Source: Macrostomum hystrix
Taxonomy: Eukaryota; Animalia; Platyhelminthes
Reading direction: 5' to 3'
Assembly: GCA_950097015.1 (NCBI GenBank)
Contig: CATNEN010000038.1
Span: 25,544,001 to 25,608,000 of the forward strand
DNA length: 64,000 bases
The position numbers were made by a program, and so were the translations under genes. Positions within the stretch are counted from its first letter, which is position 1. Each line of letters begins with the position of its first letter. Positions 22,701 through 36,910 of this stretch are shown here, piece by piece. The notes below the pieces were generated by a model. It saw nothing but the letters and a program-made list of their open reading frames with translations, was not told the DNA's origin and made no database searches.

Positions 22701-25700
22701 AAGACACTGAAGGACTGGAAGACACTGAAGGACTGGAAGACACTGAAGCACTGGAAGACACTGAAGGACTGGAAGACACTGAAGGACTGGAAGACACTGA
22801 AGGACTGGAAGACACTGAAGCACTGGAAGACACTGAAGGACTGGAAGACACTGAAGCACTGGAAGACACTGAAGCACTGGAAGACACTGAAGGACTGGAA
22901 GACACTGAAGCACTGGAAGACACTGAAGCACTGGAAGACACTGAAGGACTGGAAGCAGCTGACCCTGAAGTCCAGAATACGTCGCTCACCTGAACTTTAG
23001 TCATCTCGCCGCCTTGCCTAAGCACAGTGTCGGGGTCAAACACTGGCGGCTTAACAGCAGGAACAGCAGCCGCTGAAGCTGATGCGGAAGCATGTCGAGA
23101 CTGAGTCAGCTGCTTCGTTGGCGCTGGAGGTGGCTTTTCAGCAGCAGCAGCAGCAGCAGCTGCAGCTGGTTCAGATGCCTCAGCTCCTGCAGAGCCGTCG
23201 AAGTCGGACAGATTCGGTGGCTCGTCCTCTGTGGGCGTCTCCGGTTTGATCATCTCACCGCCGCGGTAGTCGCCGCGCGCTTGAGCGTGCGGCCCAAACA
23301 CCGGCGGGCGCTTCGGCGGCAGGCTTTGCGATCTGGGCAGCCGGCCGGCACCGCCAGTCGCAGCCGAGGCGGCAGAACTGCGGCTGCGATTTGGGCCAGT
23401 CGCCTGGGCGCCGAGTTTCCTCTCGTAGAAGAGCGTCCGCTGCGATGCGGAGCGGTACATCCGGTGCACTTTGCGATGATGCTCCGAGTGCGAATCCAGC
23501 ATGCTAGTCAGACTGTCACTCGAGAGGCTGTGCAGCGGCACCTGCGAGCACAGAAACAGACAGTTTGGTACATTTTGTTGAACAGCTAGTTGTTCAGTCC
23601 TTGGACAAGACTATCCCAATTTGCTAGTCCATAATTGATAAACCTTAACAGAAAATTTCAGCACTTTCAGCCCTCCCTCGAGACTAAAACGCACCATTTA
23701 ATCATCCCTTCAATATGTACTAAGAATCCCAACAATAATTTTTCAGTAAAATATCAATAACTAACTATTCCACACGAAACCATTTGCTCCAATACCATAA
23801 TCCCGTCTGAAGTGAAAACCTTAGCAGACAAAAAATGTCTCCCCCAAGCGGCAGAGAACCAATGTCCCCCAAGCGGCAGAGAACCAATGTCCCCCAAGCG
23901 GCAGAGAACCAATGTCCCCCAAGCGGCAGAGAACCAATGTCCCCCAAGCGGCAGAGAACCAATGTCCCCCAAGCGGCAGAGAACCAATGTCCCCCAAGCG
24001 GCAGAGAACCAATGTCCCCCAAGCGGCAGAGAACCAATGTCCCCCAAGCGGCAGAGAACCAATATCCCCCAAGCGGCAGAGAACCAATGTCCCCCAAGCG
24101 GCAGAGAACCAATATCCCCCAAGCAGCAGAGAACCAATATCCCCCAAGCAGCAGAGAACCAATGTTGAGAGGAATAGTTTACAGACTGGAGAGGATAATT
24201 AGCTAATTGAGGGGAATAGTTTACTACCTGGCTGCATAAATAAGTTTTTGTCAAGTCGGGTTCTAAAAATCTGCTAACAGTTAAACTTCAGTAAATCTAG
24301 ATTATAAAGTTAATTCATTTCCTAGCTTTTTTTCAAACCTCAGTGCGGAATTATAAAGTTGCTATTAAACTCCCGCTAATCAATCATTCTCACCTTGCAC
24401 TTTGCGCCGGCAGCCTGTGGCGTAGCCTTGGTCTGTCGCCAGACGTTAGGAAACAGGCGCTGGTGCAGCAGCAGATTATTTGGACTCTGAGTCTGCAGGA
24501 AACCGCTGTAGGCCTCCCAGCTATCTGGCGTTGGAAATATCCTTAGCCACCCGCCGCGACGGTGAAATTCCTCCCTGGATCGGCGAATCATGCGCGCCTC
24601 CTCAGCGCTGAGCGGCGGCGCCGCGACCGACGCTGCCGACGCACCGTGGCGCTGCTGCTGCTGCTGCCAGCCTGCGCCCATGCGACTCGCTGATAGGGAG
24701 CGAAGGGAACTGGCTGAGCCTGGCCGACCGTGCTGGGATAATCGACTCCTGATGGTATTATAATGTAGTGCCTGTGTTTCTCAGGTCGTCTGCTCGCCAA
24801 GGACGTTGTGTTTGAGGCCAGTTTGTTTGGCTCGGCCTTGGCCTCGCCCTTTCTCTCCCTCCTCCCCCCGGGCCCTGCTCAGGATGCCCTGTGCCGCCAT
24901 CTGATTGGCTGGGCGCGGGTATTGTCTGTCAACCCTTACCCCAGCCCTGCTTGGCTTTGCCCCTCCCGCCAATCAGCTCTGCGTTGCTTTGCCCGTCCAC
25001 CCGGCCAGCGCATACAACCCTTCCCCTCCCTGCGCGCTGGTGGCTTGACTCTGTGCACGGCCTCCCCTATCTGCCCCCCTTGCTGTCAATATCTGCCCGT
25101 GCCGGGGCAACCGCGCTCGCGCCGGCGAACTTTAAGATTCCATCGGTGAAGACGGTCTCTTACTGCGAAGTCTCAAGTTATTTAATACTCGTACAAATAA
25201 ACGAAATCGAAGTCTACTGTCATCCTGCGTTCCGACCGGTAAGCGCTGCATTTGTGTCTTTCCTTTCGGGGTGCTAGGCCTGTACGGAGTATTGTATATT
25301 ACTTAGTACTGTAACTGTGTGATTTTAGTGATTATTCGTATTATACTTAATAGTACTGTAGGCCGGGGAGCACAAACCGACCACAGTCACTACAATAATA
25401 TTAATAATAAGTTTGCCATGGTGTGCGCTGACGCCAACTCTCACAGGGCCGTCTTTCCGGTGTCGATTAGAGCCTGGTCTAACGTGTTTGCCTCTTGCAC
25501 CAAGGTCCTTGTGCTCGATTCCGATTCCGAGGCAGGGCCAAATTTATTTGAGTGTAAAGTGCCTGACGCTGAGAAAGTCAAGGCAGATGTACACACCTGC
25601 CTGTGTGAGAGTGTGTGCTCAGGAGTCAGCGGAATGGACTGAATTGCCTCCTCGCTGGCTGTTGCTCTAGTGTCTCCAAATGGTGTTCCCATTGCCCGCA

Positions 25701-28700
25701 GCCTTCCTGCAGATACTACAATATTTATTAGTTACTCCCATAGCCCCTGTTGTGTCAGTGCGAGTGAACGTTCTAACAAGCATTGATAACAGCCCTTTAA
25801 GAGATAATTCATCAAGTTTCACCTGGCAGCCGACTGTGGACTATGGACGCCGCCCCTCGAGCCGCCACCAGCGGCTGCGGACCTAGGCGCTCCTCCGTGT
25901 AACTGTCGCAGCATCGGGTCGTGGCACACAAAGCCAACGAGAGACAATAGGTCGCTGAGCATGTGACATTTGATCTTGAAATCCAGAGGCGAATCACAGG
26001 CCAGAGAAGGACTGAGATTCACTTCGAGTAGCCAGGGCCGCAATGCATCATCGATGATGATGTCGAAGCCGTATAGTTCGAAACAGTTTCCTTTGTGCGG
26101 CTGAAACATCTTGCACGCCGTTGCTATGGGCATTTCAACGCTAACAATGGCTTTCACAATCACGTCTTCCAGGCGCATCATCAGCGCCGAAGTGTCATGA
26201 CCCTCCGACTTTAGGTACCTTGGTTCAATTACGGAAAAGGTAATGACTAGCTAGGATAGCCATTAGAGGAGCTACGATAGTCATTAGAGGAGCTACGATA
26301 GTCATTAGAGGGGCTATGATAGTCATTAATGGAGCTACGATAGTCATTAGAGAAGCTACGATAGTCATTAGTGGAGCTACGGTGGTCGTTAGAGGAGCTA
26401 CGGTGGTCATTAATGGAGCTACGATAGTCATTAGAGAAGCTACGATAGTCATTAGTGGAGCTACGATAGCCATTAGAGGAGCTACGGTGGTCATTAGAGG
26501 AGCTACGGTGGTCGTTAGAGGAGCTACGATAGCCATTAGAGGAGCTACGATAGCCATTAGAGGAGCTACGATAGCCATTAGAGGAGCTACGATAGCCACT
26601 AGAGGAGCTACGATAGCCATTAGAGGAGCTACGATAGCCATTAGAGGAGCTACGATAGTCATTAGAGGAGCTACGGTGGTCATTAGAGGAGCTACGGTGG
26701 TCATTAGAGGAGCTACGGTGGTCGTTAGAGGAGCTACGATAGCCATTAGAGGAGCTACGATAGCCATTAGAGGAGCTACGGTGGTCGTTAGAGGAGCTAC
26801 GGTGGTCGTTAGAGGAGCTACGATAGCCATTAGAGGAGCTACGATAGCCATTAGAGGAGCTACGATAGCCATTAGAGGAGCTACGATAGCCACTAGAGGA
26901 GCTACGATAGCCATTAGAGGAGCTACGATAGCCATTAGAGGAGCTACGATAGTCATTAGAGGAGCTACGATAGTCATTAGAGGAGCTACGATAATCATTA
27001 GAGGAGCTACGATAGGCATTAGTGGAGCTACGGTGGTCATTATAGAAGCTACGGTGGTCGTTAGAGGAGCTACGATAGCCATTAAAGGAGCTACGGTGGT
27101 CATTAGAGGAGCTACGGTGGTCGTTAGAGGAGCTACGATAGCCATTAGAGGAGCTACGATAGCCATTAGAGGAGCTAAGGTGGTCATTAGAGGAGCTACG
27201 ATAGTCATAAGAGGGGCTACGATAGGCATTAGAGGAGCTACGATAGTCATTAGAGGGGCTACGATAGTCATTAGAGGAGCTACGATAGTCATTAAAGAAG
27301 CTACGATAGTCATTAGTGTGCTACGGTGGTCGTTAGAGGAGCTACGGTGGTCGTTAGAGGAGCTACGGTGGTCGTTAGAGGAGCTACGGTGGTCGTTAGA
27401 GGAGCTACGGTGGTCATTAGAGGAGCTACGGTGGTCGTTAGAGGAGCTACGATAGTCATTAGAGGAGCTACGGTGGTCATTAGAGGAGCTACGGTGGTCG
27501 TTAGAGGAGCTACGATAGCCATTAGAGGAGCTACGATAGCCATTAGAGGAGCTACGATAGCCATTAGAGGAGCTACGATAGCCATTAGAGGAGCTACGAT
27601 AGCCATTAGAGGAGCTACGGTGGTCATTAGAGGAGCTACGGTGGTCGTTAGAGGAGCTACGATAGCCATTAGAGGAGCTACGATAGCCATTAGAGGAGCT
27701 ACGGTGGTCATTAGAGAAGCTACGGTGGTCGTTAGAGGAGCTACGATAGCCATTAGAGGAGCTACGATAGCCATTAGAGGAGCTACGATAGCCATTAAAG
27801 GAGCTACGACAGTCATTAGAGGAGCTACGATAGCCATTAGAGGAGCTACTGCAGTCGTTAGAGGAGCTACGATAGTGTAAGAGGAGCTACGGCAGTCATT
27901 AGAGGAGCTACGATAGCCATTAGAGGAGCTACGATAGCCATTAGAGGAGCTACGGTGGTCATTAGAGGAGCTACGATAGCCATTAGAGGAGCTACGATAG
28001 CCATTAGAGGAGCTACGATAGCCATTAGAGGAGCTACGATAGCCATTAGAGGAGCTACGATAGCCATTAGAGGAGCTACGATAGCCATTAGAGGAGCTAC
28101 GATAGCCATTAAAGGAGCTACGATAGCCATTAGAGGAGCTACGGTGGTCATTAGAGGAGCTACGATAGCCATTAGAGGAGCTACGGCAGTCGTTAGAGGA
28201 GCTACGATAGTGTAAGAGGAGCTACGGCAGTCATTAGAGGAGCTACGATAGCCATTAGAGGAGCTACGGTGGTCATTAGAGGAGCTACGATAGCCATTAG
28301 AGGAGCTACGATAGCCATTAGAGGAGCTACGATAGCCATTAGAGGAGCTACGATAGCCACTAGAGGAGCTACGATAGCCATTAGAGGAGCTACGATAGCC
28401 ATTAGAGGAGCTACGATAGCCATTAGAGGAGCTACGATAGTCATTAGAGGAGCTACGATAGTCATTAGTGGAGCTACTACGGTGGTCATTATAGAAGCTA
28501 CGGTGGTCGTTAGGGGAGCTACGATAGCCATTAAAGGAGCTACGGTGGTCATTAGAGGAGCTACGGTGGTCGTTAGAGGAGCTACGATAGCCATTAGAGG
28601 AGCTACGATAGCCATTAGAGGAGCTACGGTGGTCATTAGAGGAGCTACGGTGGTCGTTAGAGGAGCTACGATAGCCATTAGAGGAGCTACGATAGCCATT

Positions 28701-31198
28701 AGAGGAGCTACGGTGGTCATTAGAGAAGCTACGGTGGTCGTTAGAGGAGCTACGATAGCCATTAGAGGAGCTACGATAGCCATTAGAGGAGCTACGATAG
28801 CCATTAAAGGAGCTACGACAGTCATTAGAGGAGCTACGATAGCCATTAGAGGAGCTACTGCAGTCGTTAGAGGAGCTACGATAGCCATTAGAGGAGCTAC
28901 GATAGCCATTAGAGGAGCTACGGTGGTCATTAGAGGAGCTACGATAGCCATTAGAGGAGCTACGATAGCCATTAGAGGAGCTACGATAGCCATTAGAGGA
29001 GCTACGATAGCCATTAGAGGAGCTACGATAGCCATTAGAGGAGCTACGATAGCCATTAGAGGAGCTACGATAGCCATTAAAGGAGCTACGATAGCCATTA
29101 GAGGAGCTACGGTGGTCATTAGAGGAGCTACGATAGCCATTAGAGAAGCTACGATAGCCATTAGAGGAGCTACGATAGCCATTAGAGGAGCTACGATAGC
29201 CATTAGAGGAGCTACGATAGTGTAAGAGGAGCTACGGCAGTCATTAGAGGAGCTACGATAGCCATTAGAGGAGCTACGATAGCCATTAGAGGAGCTACGA
29301 TAGCCATTAAAGGAGCTACGATAGCCATTAGAGGAGCTACGGTGGTCATTAGAGGAGCTACGATAGCCATTAGAGAAGCTACGATAGCCATTAGAGGAGC
29401 TACGATAGCCATTAAAGGAGCTACGACAGTCATTAGAGGAGCTACGATAGCCATTAGAGGAGCTACTGCAGTCGTTAGAGGAGCTACGATAGTGTAAGAG
29501 GAGCTACGGCAGTCATTAGAGGAGCTACGATAGCCATTAGAGGAGCTACGATAGCCATTAGAGGAGCTACGGTGGTCGTTAGAGGAGCTACGATAGCCAT
29601 TAGAGGAGCTACGATAGCCATTAGAGGAGCTACGGTGGTCATTAGAGGAGCTACGGTGGTCGTTAGAGGAGCTACGATAGCCATTAGAGGAGCTACGATA
29701 GCCATTAGAGGAGCTACGATAGCCATTAGAGGAGCTACGATAGTGTAAGAGGAGCTACGGCAGTCATTAGAGGAGCTACGATAGCCATTAGAGGAGCTAC
29801 GGTGGTCATTAGAGGAGCTACGATAGCCATTAGAGGAGCTACGATAGCCATTAGAGGAGCTACGATAGCCATTAGAGGAGCTACGATAGCCATTAGAGGA
29901 GCTACGATAGCCATTAAAGGAGCTACGATAGCCATTAGAGGAGCTACGGTGGTCATTAGAGGAGCTACGATAGCCATTAGAGGAGCTACGGTGGTCATTA
30001 GAGGAGCTACGATAGCCATTAGAGGAGCTACGGTGGTCATTAGAGGAGCTACGATAGCCATTAGAGGAGCTACGATAGCCATTAGAGGAGCTACGATAGC
30101 CATTAGAGGAGCTACGGTGGTCATTAGAGGAGCTACGGTGGTCATTAGAGGAGCAAGGATATCACGAGTATATGCAATCTAGATTTTACTCGCAGTACGA
30201 GTATCATTCTGGGAAAGGACAGAAAAATGAAGAAAACGTTTATTAACTCACCTGAGTAGTGCACCAAGAGACCATTTATTGCCATAGTCTTCTACATCAG
30301 CGTCGTCATTTTGAACGTATTCGTGGTTTTTCTTGTTCACGCTGTAGTTAGTGAGGTGCATGCATTGGTTGCGAGTGTACTTCAGAGACGTCTGGTACTT
30401 GACGGTGGCAAATCTAGCCAGGCCCTCTTCGTACATGTAGATTATGAGCGGATCGTATGACGTGACGGCCACGTAGATGCGCAGGTCAAACTTGAAGCCG
30501 TCGACAACAAGCGGATTACCAATGTACTTGCAAACCACAAGCTGATCGTCCAACGGAATTTGATCCGGGTGCGTCACAATGAAAATGCCTCGACCCCGAC
30601 TAGAGGCTATCGGTTTCACAATGAACGGCCCCTTGTCTTTCAAATAGTAGGTGCAGAATTCTTGAAACTCAGCCGGAAATATAAACGTTGGCGGCACAAA
30701 GTCAAAGTGTTTGACACCTTTGAGCTGCTGGAGGCGTTGAACATTTTTATAGAGCCGATCTTTGCGTGTGAGTTCGTAGGATCTTGGAAAATGGTTGACC
30801 TTCTGAAACTCCAATAAGCTTCGCAATACGTAGGGCTTCAGGTGGCTTCCCGTCCACATCAGGTTGAAGTCGGAACTGTTAGGATGAGTCTCGTGGAAAC
30901 CGTGCGACACTAGGATGGTCTTGAGAAGTTTGCAGTCGGTCTTGATGATTTTGAACGCCATGTGATATTTTTCTCCAACGCCGCGAATCTGAGGATCTCG
31001 ACGCTCTACGGCCTGTGGCGAGAAGATGAATATGGGATATTTCTTGTTCGGCCCACACCAAGCAATGCAGGGAGTGTCGGCGTCTTTCACAAACAACGCA
31101 TCCTCCGTGCTGTCACCCGCTTCCTCAGCCTCCTCAGCTTCCTCATCTGGGACCAGCTCGCTTAGCTCCTCGGAGGATTCGTCAGCAGTAACAGACAT
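19758..31198 (-). CDS. TTLL5: Tubulin polyglutamylase, TTLL5-like
   Basis: Exons: 30252-31198 (probable ATG of MSVTADE; acceptor at 31229), 25823-26218, 24394-24748, 22990-23541, 22164-22464, 21707-22054, 19758-20119, all phase-consistent. TTL motifs: [92 protein letters not shown]5-type C-terminal blocks: [37 protein letters not shown]. Confidence 0.92.
20151..21690. repeat. 18-bp minisatellite (GAGCAATCAGGAGAGAGT)n, about 85 copies, inside TTLL5 intron 20120-21706
   Basis: Direct tandem array. It is open in the TTLL5 frame as (SLSPDC)n. Confidence 0.97.
22558..22955. repeat. 18-bp minisatellite (GACACTGAAGCACTGGAA)n in TTLL5 intron 22465-22989
   Basis: Direct tandem array. Confidence 0.96.
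23836..24165. repeat. 25-bp minisatellite (AATGTCCCCCAAGCGGCAGAGAACC)n, intronic
   Basis: Direct tandem array. Confidence 0.96.
25470..25735 (+). mobile_element. SINE family A copy with an internal deletion
   Basis: CAAGGTCCTTGTGCTCGATTCC head, CCTGACGCTGAGAAAGTCAAGGCAGATGTACAC core, and CCATTGCCCGCAGCC 3' end. Confidence 0.75.
26256..30153. repeat. 21-bp minisatellite (AGAGGAGCTACGATAGCCATT)n, about 3.9 kb, filling TTLL5 intron 26219-30251
   Basis: Direct tandem array. Occasional shorter units (GATAGTGTA) break the frame. Confidence 0.98.
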
Positions 31199-33049
31199 TT
31201 CGACTGGTGGACCTGCAGCACCCAATAGCTGTAGTTTGCTGCAGATTGTTAATTAGATTGCAAACATTTCTCGAATATAATAATAGAAAATGAGTTCATG
31301 TACATTACTTACATTACAGTCAAAGACATATACTTAAGAAAACTTAATCGTACAAGTCTTTAAATTTTCTTCCTAATTAGTAGTGAAACACTTCTTATGA
31401 CTTACATCAAAAGAAAAACCTGAAAGTCTCATCTCAATGACCCTCAATTCTTTTCATAATTTCTATAAAAATCTAGTTAAAACAATCAATTAAAACAGCA
31501 TTCAAATCCAAATCAAACAATCGTTTATTGCAAGATTTAAAGCGTTAAAAGATCCACATGGTGGTTAATGGGGATATATGGAAAGTAAGAACTTTAAATT
31601 GAATTTGTAAAATGAACCTAAAATGTTTGAAAGTCTAGACAAAATAGACAACTAATATCTAATAGCTAATCTAATAGCAAATATCAAATAGACTAATAGC
31701 CTAAAAATAAAATATTTTCTTTGTTATTTGATTCTTTTTACCTTTTTCATATTTTTATCGATAAGAAATATTTAATAAGTATTTTAACAGTCCAAATTAT
31801 TTATAACTTATAGTTTTCTTCAAGAAACTAATTTATAGAAGATGGTGAACTTGAAAACTATGGAATAATCTAAGGTTTTAACAAAAATTGCGTGGAATGG
31901 GCAGCCAATTTACGCGAATGTCCACATTTACTCGTCTAAAAAGGTTTTAACAGAATGATATTTTGAGCTACTGTAGCCTTATGCATAGTGTATGCTATGC
32001 GTAGGTGTATGTGATGCAGTTGTACGATAATTTAATAGTTATTACACTCATAAAGGTAAAATAAAAAAATTACATCTTTGTCCATAACAAAGTTATAAAT
32101 ATATATATAATATTGTAAAAGCTTAGCTGCAGCTTTTGAAAACCAGCAAGGTCGAAAATTGGGTCGTTTCGTAGGCCTTAAATGGTAGCTCGATATTTGC
32201 GTTGCTTTAAAGTGATAGAGTACTATAATAGGACTCTTTTATAAACAAGCGAATGTACTATATGATTACAATTTCTGCAGTTTTATGCGAAAATATAACG
32301 TGGAAAATTCTAGTCTCGATTTCCATAAAAGAACTCTCATTACTGTAACTGAATATTGGTTATGCCATCAAGTTTTACAAGAAGAAAGCGTATTACAGTG
32401 TCTTATTACTATATATCTATTTATAATTCTAACATCTGTGAAATGAAAGCGATAGTTTTGATTTTTGCTCTGTGTTTAAAATAGAATATTTGTTTAAAAT
32501 GTAAAAATTAAAACGCGTAAATTTGAAATTATGTCCTTAAGTCTAAATTCGAAACAAAATAAATAAAACCAGTGTAATTCACTTGAGTAGTTTTTTAGGG
32601 GAAGCGAAACATAAAAGAAATTAAATCGGAAGAAAAATAGAATATTCTAACCGCTATAATAGTAATAGCAGTCTGCTTATCCCAGATAATCATCGTTATA
32701 AATACACAAGTCACGACACTAGCTAGTCTAGCAGCTGTAGCCTGTAGCACTAGCTATCTCTGACTCCCATTCAGATTCGAATCGGACAGCATAGCTAGGC
32801 CTAGACACTTAGCTTTACTAGGGCTACCTGTAAAATTTATTTTTCCGATTGCCAGCTCACAATTTTAACATTTGAAATATCTTTACTCTTAAGTACTCTT
32901 TTTAAAAAGATTATTTAATATTTATTTATTTGCTAGTAATTAGGCTTTGGTTTCGGTCTTGTTCTGTTATATACTAAAGAGCAATATTGCACAATATATA
33001 TATTAATTTAATTGCAATAGACCCTTGCAATAATTTTCTTAATATTCTA

Positions 33050-36000
33050 ATGACTCAAGCTTCAAGTACTACACCTTTGAATCTTCCATGTGATGATATC
33101 TTTCAGTTCAAGGTAGGCCTATGTAATGTAATAAATTGCAAATATGAACTAAAAAACATATAAGGCCTTGATAAAACTGCCTAATAAATCCTATAATACA
33201 AAATAAAATAAGATACTAGCTAGGCCTATGCCCTATACAAAGCCTAGCTAGATAAAGCTAGGCCCAATGGCTAGCAAACCATTGGCTATTAGGGGACATG
33301 GGGGACATATAATCATACTTTTAAACAATTTTAGCAATATGATTGGGAAAGTTACAACATTGTTTGGGAATAGCATTATTAAGTTAATAACATTGGTGAA
33401 GATGGTGGCCAGTTTGTCATAGTGATATATTGGTTTGACCTTGAGGTATGCCCTAATCGGTTTAAATATTTGTATCTTTTACTTTAGTATAAATGGTCCA
33501 ATGGAATATTCTATTAACTACCCCACTCTCTATCCCCACTCTCCATCCCCACTAGCCTTGCTCCCACCCCACTCTAAAGTATAGGCCTATATATTTAATG
33601 TTAGCCTTTGCGTCAGTAAAAACCAATTGGCAGAATTATTTTACATATCTAGCCCACTAGGCCTATTAAAATGGACTACAACATACTGAATGGGCTATAG
33701 TAGTGTTTAGACAGTGGTTAAGTGGCAATAGTTATTTTCATCCTTATAATATGTTTTTAATAGCTTTGCTGATTTCTAGTCAATATTTGATTTAATTAAA
33801 GTCTATTTAAAAAACTTATAATGTTATAAGTGTAACAATTAAATATGCAAGATGCAGAAACATGTAAATTTTATTTGCAAACAAATTCTATTATCAATAA
33901 GCAATAGATTTTTATTTAATAAGTTAATAGTCTCTTATTGTATTTATTATTTTTAATTATATTTTTAGCTTGCAGTTGACTAAGGTAAAATTCTTTGGTT
34001 GTCCTTTAATTCCATTATTTGATTATCACTGTCAAGTTTTTTTGGTTTTAATTATTTATGTTTAACAACTAATTAAGTATAACATCTAAACATACTTTTT
34101 TAAGTAAACTATAAAGCAAAACATATATTGTTGATTTCACTTTTGAGATTTTCAGCTCTCATCTTCAGCTTTTAGAGAAGTTTAAGTCATTTTATCTATA
34201 AATTAAATTAAAAAAACAAGGGCCTTGGTCCCACTGTAGTCCATTGTGGTCCAGTGTTTACACAGACCCTCTCAAGACCTTTTATAATAACTCGTACTGT
34301 TTACTAGGTCTAGGTTTGTAATTGGTGTTGGTATTGGGTGGCTTGGTTTGATGTGAGGTTTGTGGGAGTCTAGGACAAATTTGGATTTGACATTGCATAT
34401 GAGTAATTAGCTACCATTTCAAAATTGAATTGATGCAAGGTATAGTTTTTCTGGTTCTTTATTATGCCTTTATTACTTTATTACCTACTTTAAAACTCTA
34501 TTCTAAATCCATACTCCTAATCTTACCTATTAGAAAGTTAACAAGTTAGAGCTTTGGCAGTCTTGTTCATACACTAGTATAAGTTCCAATAATAAAATTT
34601 TCATTTTTGATTTGTTAAACATAATTAGCATAGGTAGGATTAGGTACATATCTATGTGATATTTTAAAATATACAGAAGAAGTATTTTATTATTTGGAAC
34701 TTTATAACTTTTTTGATAGGCTAAACTCAATTGCCATTTTATGGGTTTTGAAGCTATGTTAGGTAATTATAGCCATTTTATTGCCATTTTAGGTCATTTT
34801 TAGTAGGCAGCAATAATAATAGAGGTAATTTATGCCTTTCATCAGCTGAAGTATTTCATGCAAACCAAAGACTGGCATGTAAATATGCAGGGTAGCTAGC
34901 TAGTGGGGCATGAAATGACACATTATGTCCATGTCAGATCCATCTAGCACATAAAAATTCTCTCCTTAAACACAGAAACAATTGGAATCTGCCAGAAGAG
35001 TTGACGATCGTATCCAGAATGAGCTGAACACTCGCCTGCCAGTCTCGGCATATTTTCGCTCCAAAGTTGATCCGCGTCGAGTCTGTCAGGAATTATTCGA
35101 CTCGCTGCATTGCGCTTATTCTAATAGAGAATCGGCTATTAAACGATGCGTTGGACTAACAGAGCAGGAGGTGCGCAATCTGCTAGCTGAATCCGGCGCC
35201 GATAACAAGACTGAACAAGTTGGTTCTGGACTTGGAAAGGCACATTCTAGGTAAATTCTTCCTGATTTTTAGAACATTCTTTAGAACCTCTTCGAAGGTT
35301 TAGGAAAGCTGGATCTCTTCGAAGGTTTAAGAAAGCTGGATCTCTTTGAACGTTTAAGAAAGCTGTGATCTCTTCGAAGGTTTAAGACAGCTGGATCTCT
35401 TGAAAGGTTTAAGAAAGCTGGATCTCTTCGAAGGTTTAAGAAAGCTGGATCTCTTCGAAGTTTTAAGAAAGCTGGATCTCTTCGAAGTTTTAAGAAAGCT
35501 GGATCTCTTCGAAGTTTTAAGAAAGCTGGATCTCTTCGAAGTTTTAAGAAAGCTGGATCTCTTCGAAGGTTTAAGAAAGCTGGATCTACTCAAAGGTTTA
35601 AGAAAGCTGGATGCCCTCGAAGGTTTAAGAAAGCTGCCAGATCTCTTCGAAGGTTTAAGAAAGCTGGATCTCTTCGAAGGTTTAAGAAAGCTGGATCTCT
35701 TCAAAGTTTTAAGAAAGCTGGATCTTTTCGAAGGTTTAAGAAAGCTGGATCTACTCAAAGGTTTAAGAAAGCCGGATCTCTTCGAAGTTTTAAGAAAGCT
35801 GGACCTCTTCAAAGGTTAAAGAAAGCTAGGCTTCCTCGAAGGTTTAAGAAAGCTGGATCTCTTCTAAGGTTTTAGAAATCAGGGACCATTAAAACTGTTT
35901 TATAATTCTGAGACCTTTAGAACGTTTCAGAAATCTTCAAAATGTTTACAAAACCTCTTCAAAGTTTAAAATATCAGGGTTACTTAAGTCATTTGTTTGA

Positions 36001-36198
36001 TCTAAAACTCTGAAAACTAGTTTTCGGACGCATTTTCTGTTCACCTAACTTAAAAAAATCTATTGCAGATTGCGGCAGCTAAAAAACGAACTATACGAAG
36101 AGGAAATTATTCAACGCAATACTTACAAGTTTCTTTACGAAAGATGCCGGGACATTTATGTGCCAACTGACTTGCCAGCACAATTCAAATTTACCTAA
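33050..36198 (+). CDS. MIX23: Mitochondrial intermembrane space protein MIX23 (CCDC58/Cid2 family)
   Basis: Exons 33050-33112 (MTQASSTTPLNLPCDDIFQFK), 34976-35250 (KQLESARRVDDRIQNELNTRLP...CQELFDSL...RESAIKRC) and 36069-36198 (LRQLKNELYEEEII...YERCR...TAA). This matches the CCDC58 pattern C..F.F / R.DD.I..ELN / C / C / EL..EE / ERC. Confidence 0.88.
35285..35875. repeat. 27-bp minisatellite (AAGAAAGCTGGATCTCTTCGAAGGTTT)n in MIX23 intron 2
   Basis: Direct tandem array. Confidence 0.95.
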
Positions 36199-36682
36199 TC
36201 AAGTATCGTGAAGAATGACTAAAGTAATTAGATAGATGTTAATTTGTCTATGCGTACTGGATTTTTTCAAGTGCTTTTTCCAACTAATGGTACTGTTAGT
36301 TTAATATGTTCTAGATATTGAAAACTTGCACAATTTTAATGCGTCTTTGAAGTTTCCTAGTTTCAACCTCGGATTTGATCAGTTTAATATGTTTGGCCTA
36401 TCATGCACTGATAACTGTAGTAAAAACTTGCTATGTTAGTTGTTAGCTTGTTAAAAAATTCAGTTCTTTTGCAAAATTGTTCCTTATTGATAAATTGTGC
36501 CATTATTACCTTTTTATATGAGAAATAGTTGCGTCACCTATGTGCACTCACAAGTAAATAATTACTCCAGTGTGTGGTCACTTTTACCGACCTTGACTTA
36601 ACTTTCGAATTAAAATTCATCCTGTTGTTAACTTGACCGTTTTGGTCTTTTTTCTAAGCTTTTTGCAAAAGCTACATAGTAT

Positions 36683-36910
36683 CTGTCTCTCTATGTGCCT
36701 GCCTGTCTTCCTGTCTGTCTGTCTGTCTGTCTGTCTGTCCGACTGGTTGTCTCTCTGTCTTTCTGTCTGTCTGTCTCTCTGTCTGTCCGACTGTCTTTCA
36801 GTCAGTCTGCACGTCTTCCTGTCTATCTGTCTGTCATTGTGTCTGCGTGCCTGTCTCTTTGTCTGCCTTTCTGTCTGTCTGTCTGTCTGTCATTGTGCCT
36901 GTCTGTCTAT
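36683..36910. repeat. Imperfect (CTGT)n microsatellite
   Basis: Directly visible. Confidence 0.9.

Noticed and set aside
26225-30182. Long ORFs (MAIVAPL)n and (IRGATIA)n
   Set aside because: They are translations of a 21-bp intronic minisatellite, open on both strands and broken by shorter units. TTLL5 splices cleanly across it (LLR|YLK).
35354-35812. (SSFLKPSKR)n ORF that looks like a second KR-cleaved peptide precursor
   Set aside because: It is antisense within MIX23 intron 2, no signal-peptide exon was found, and the KR sites are not maintained in all units. It shows that KR repeats can arise by chance, so the 52143 call relies on its exons, signal peptide and synonymous variants.
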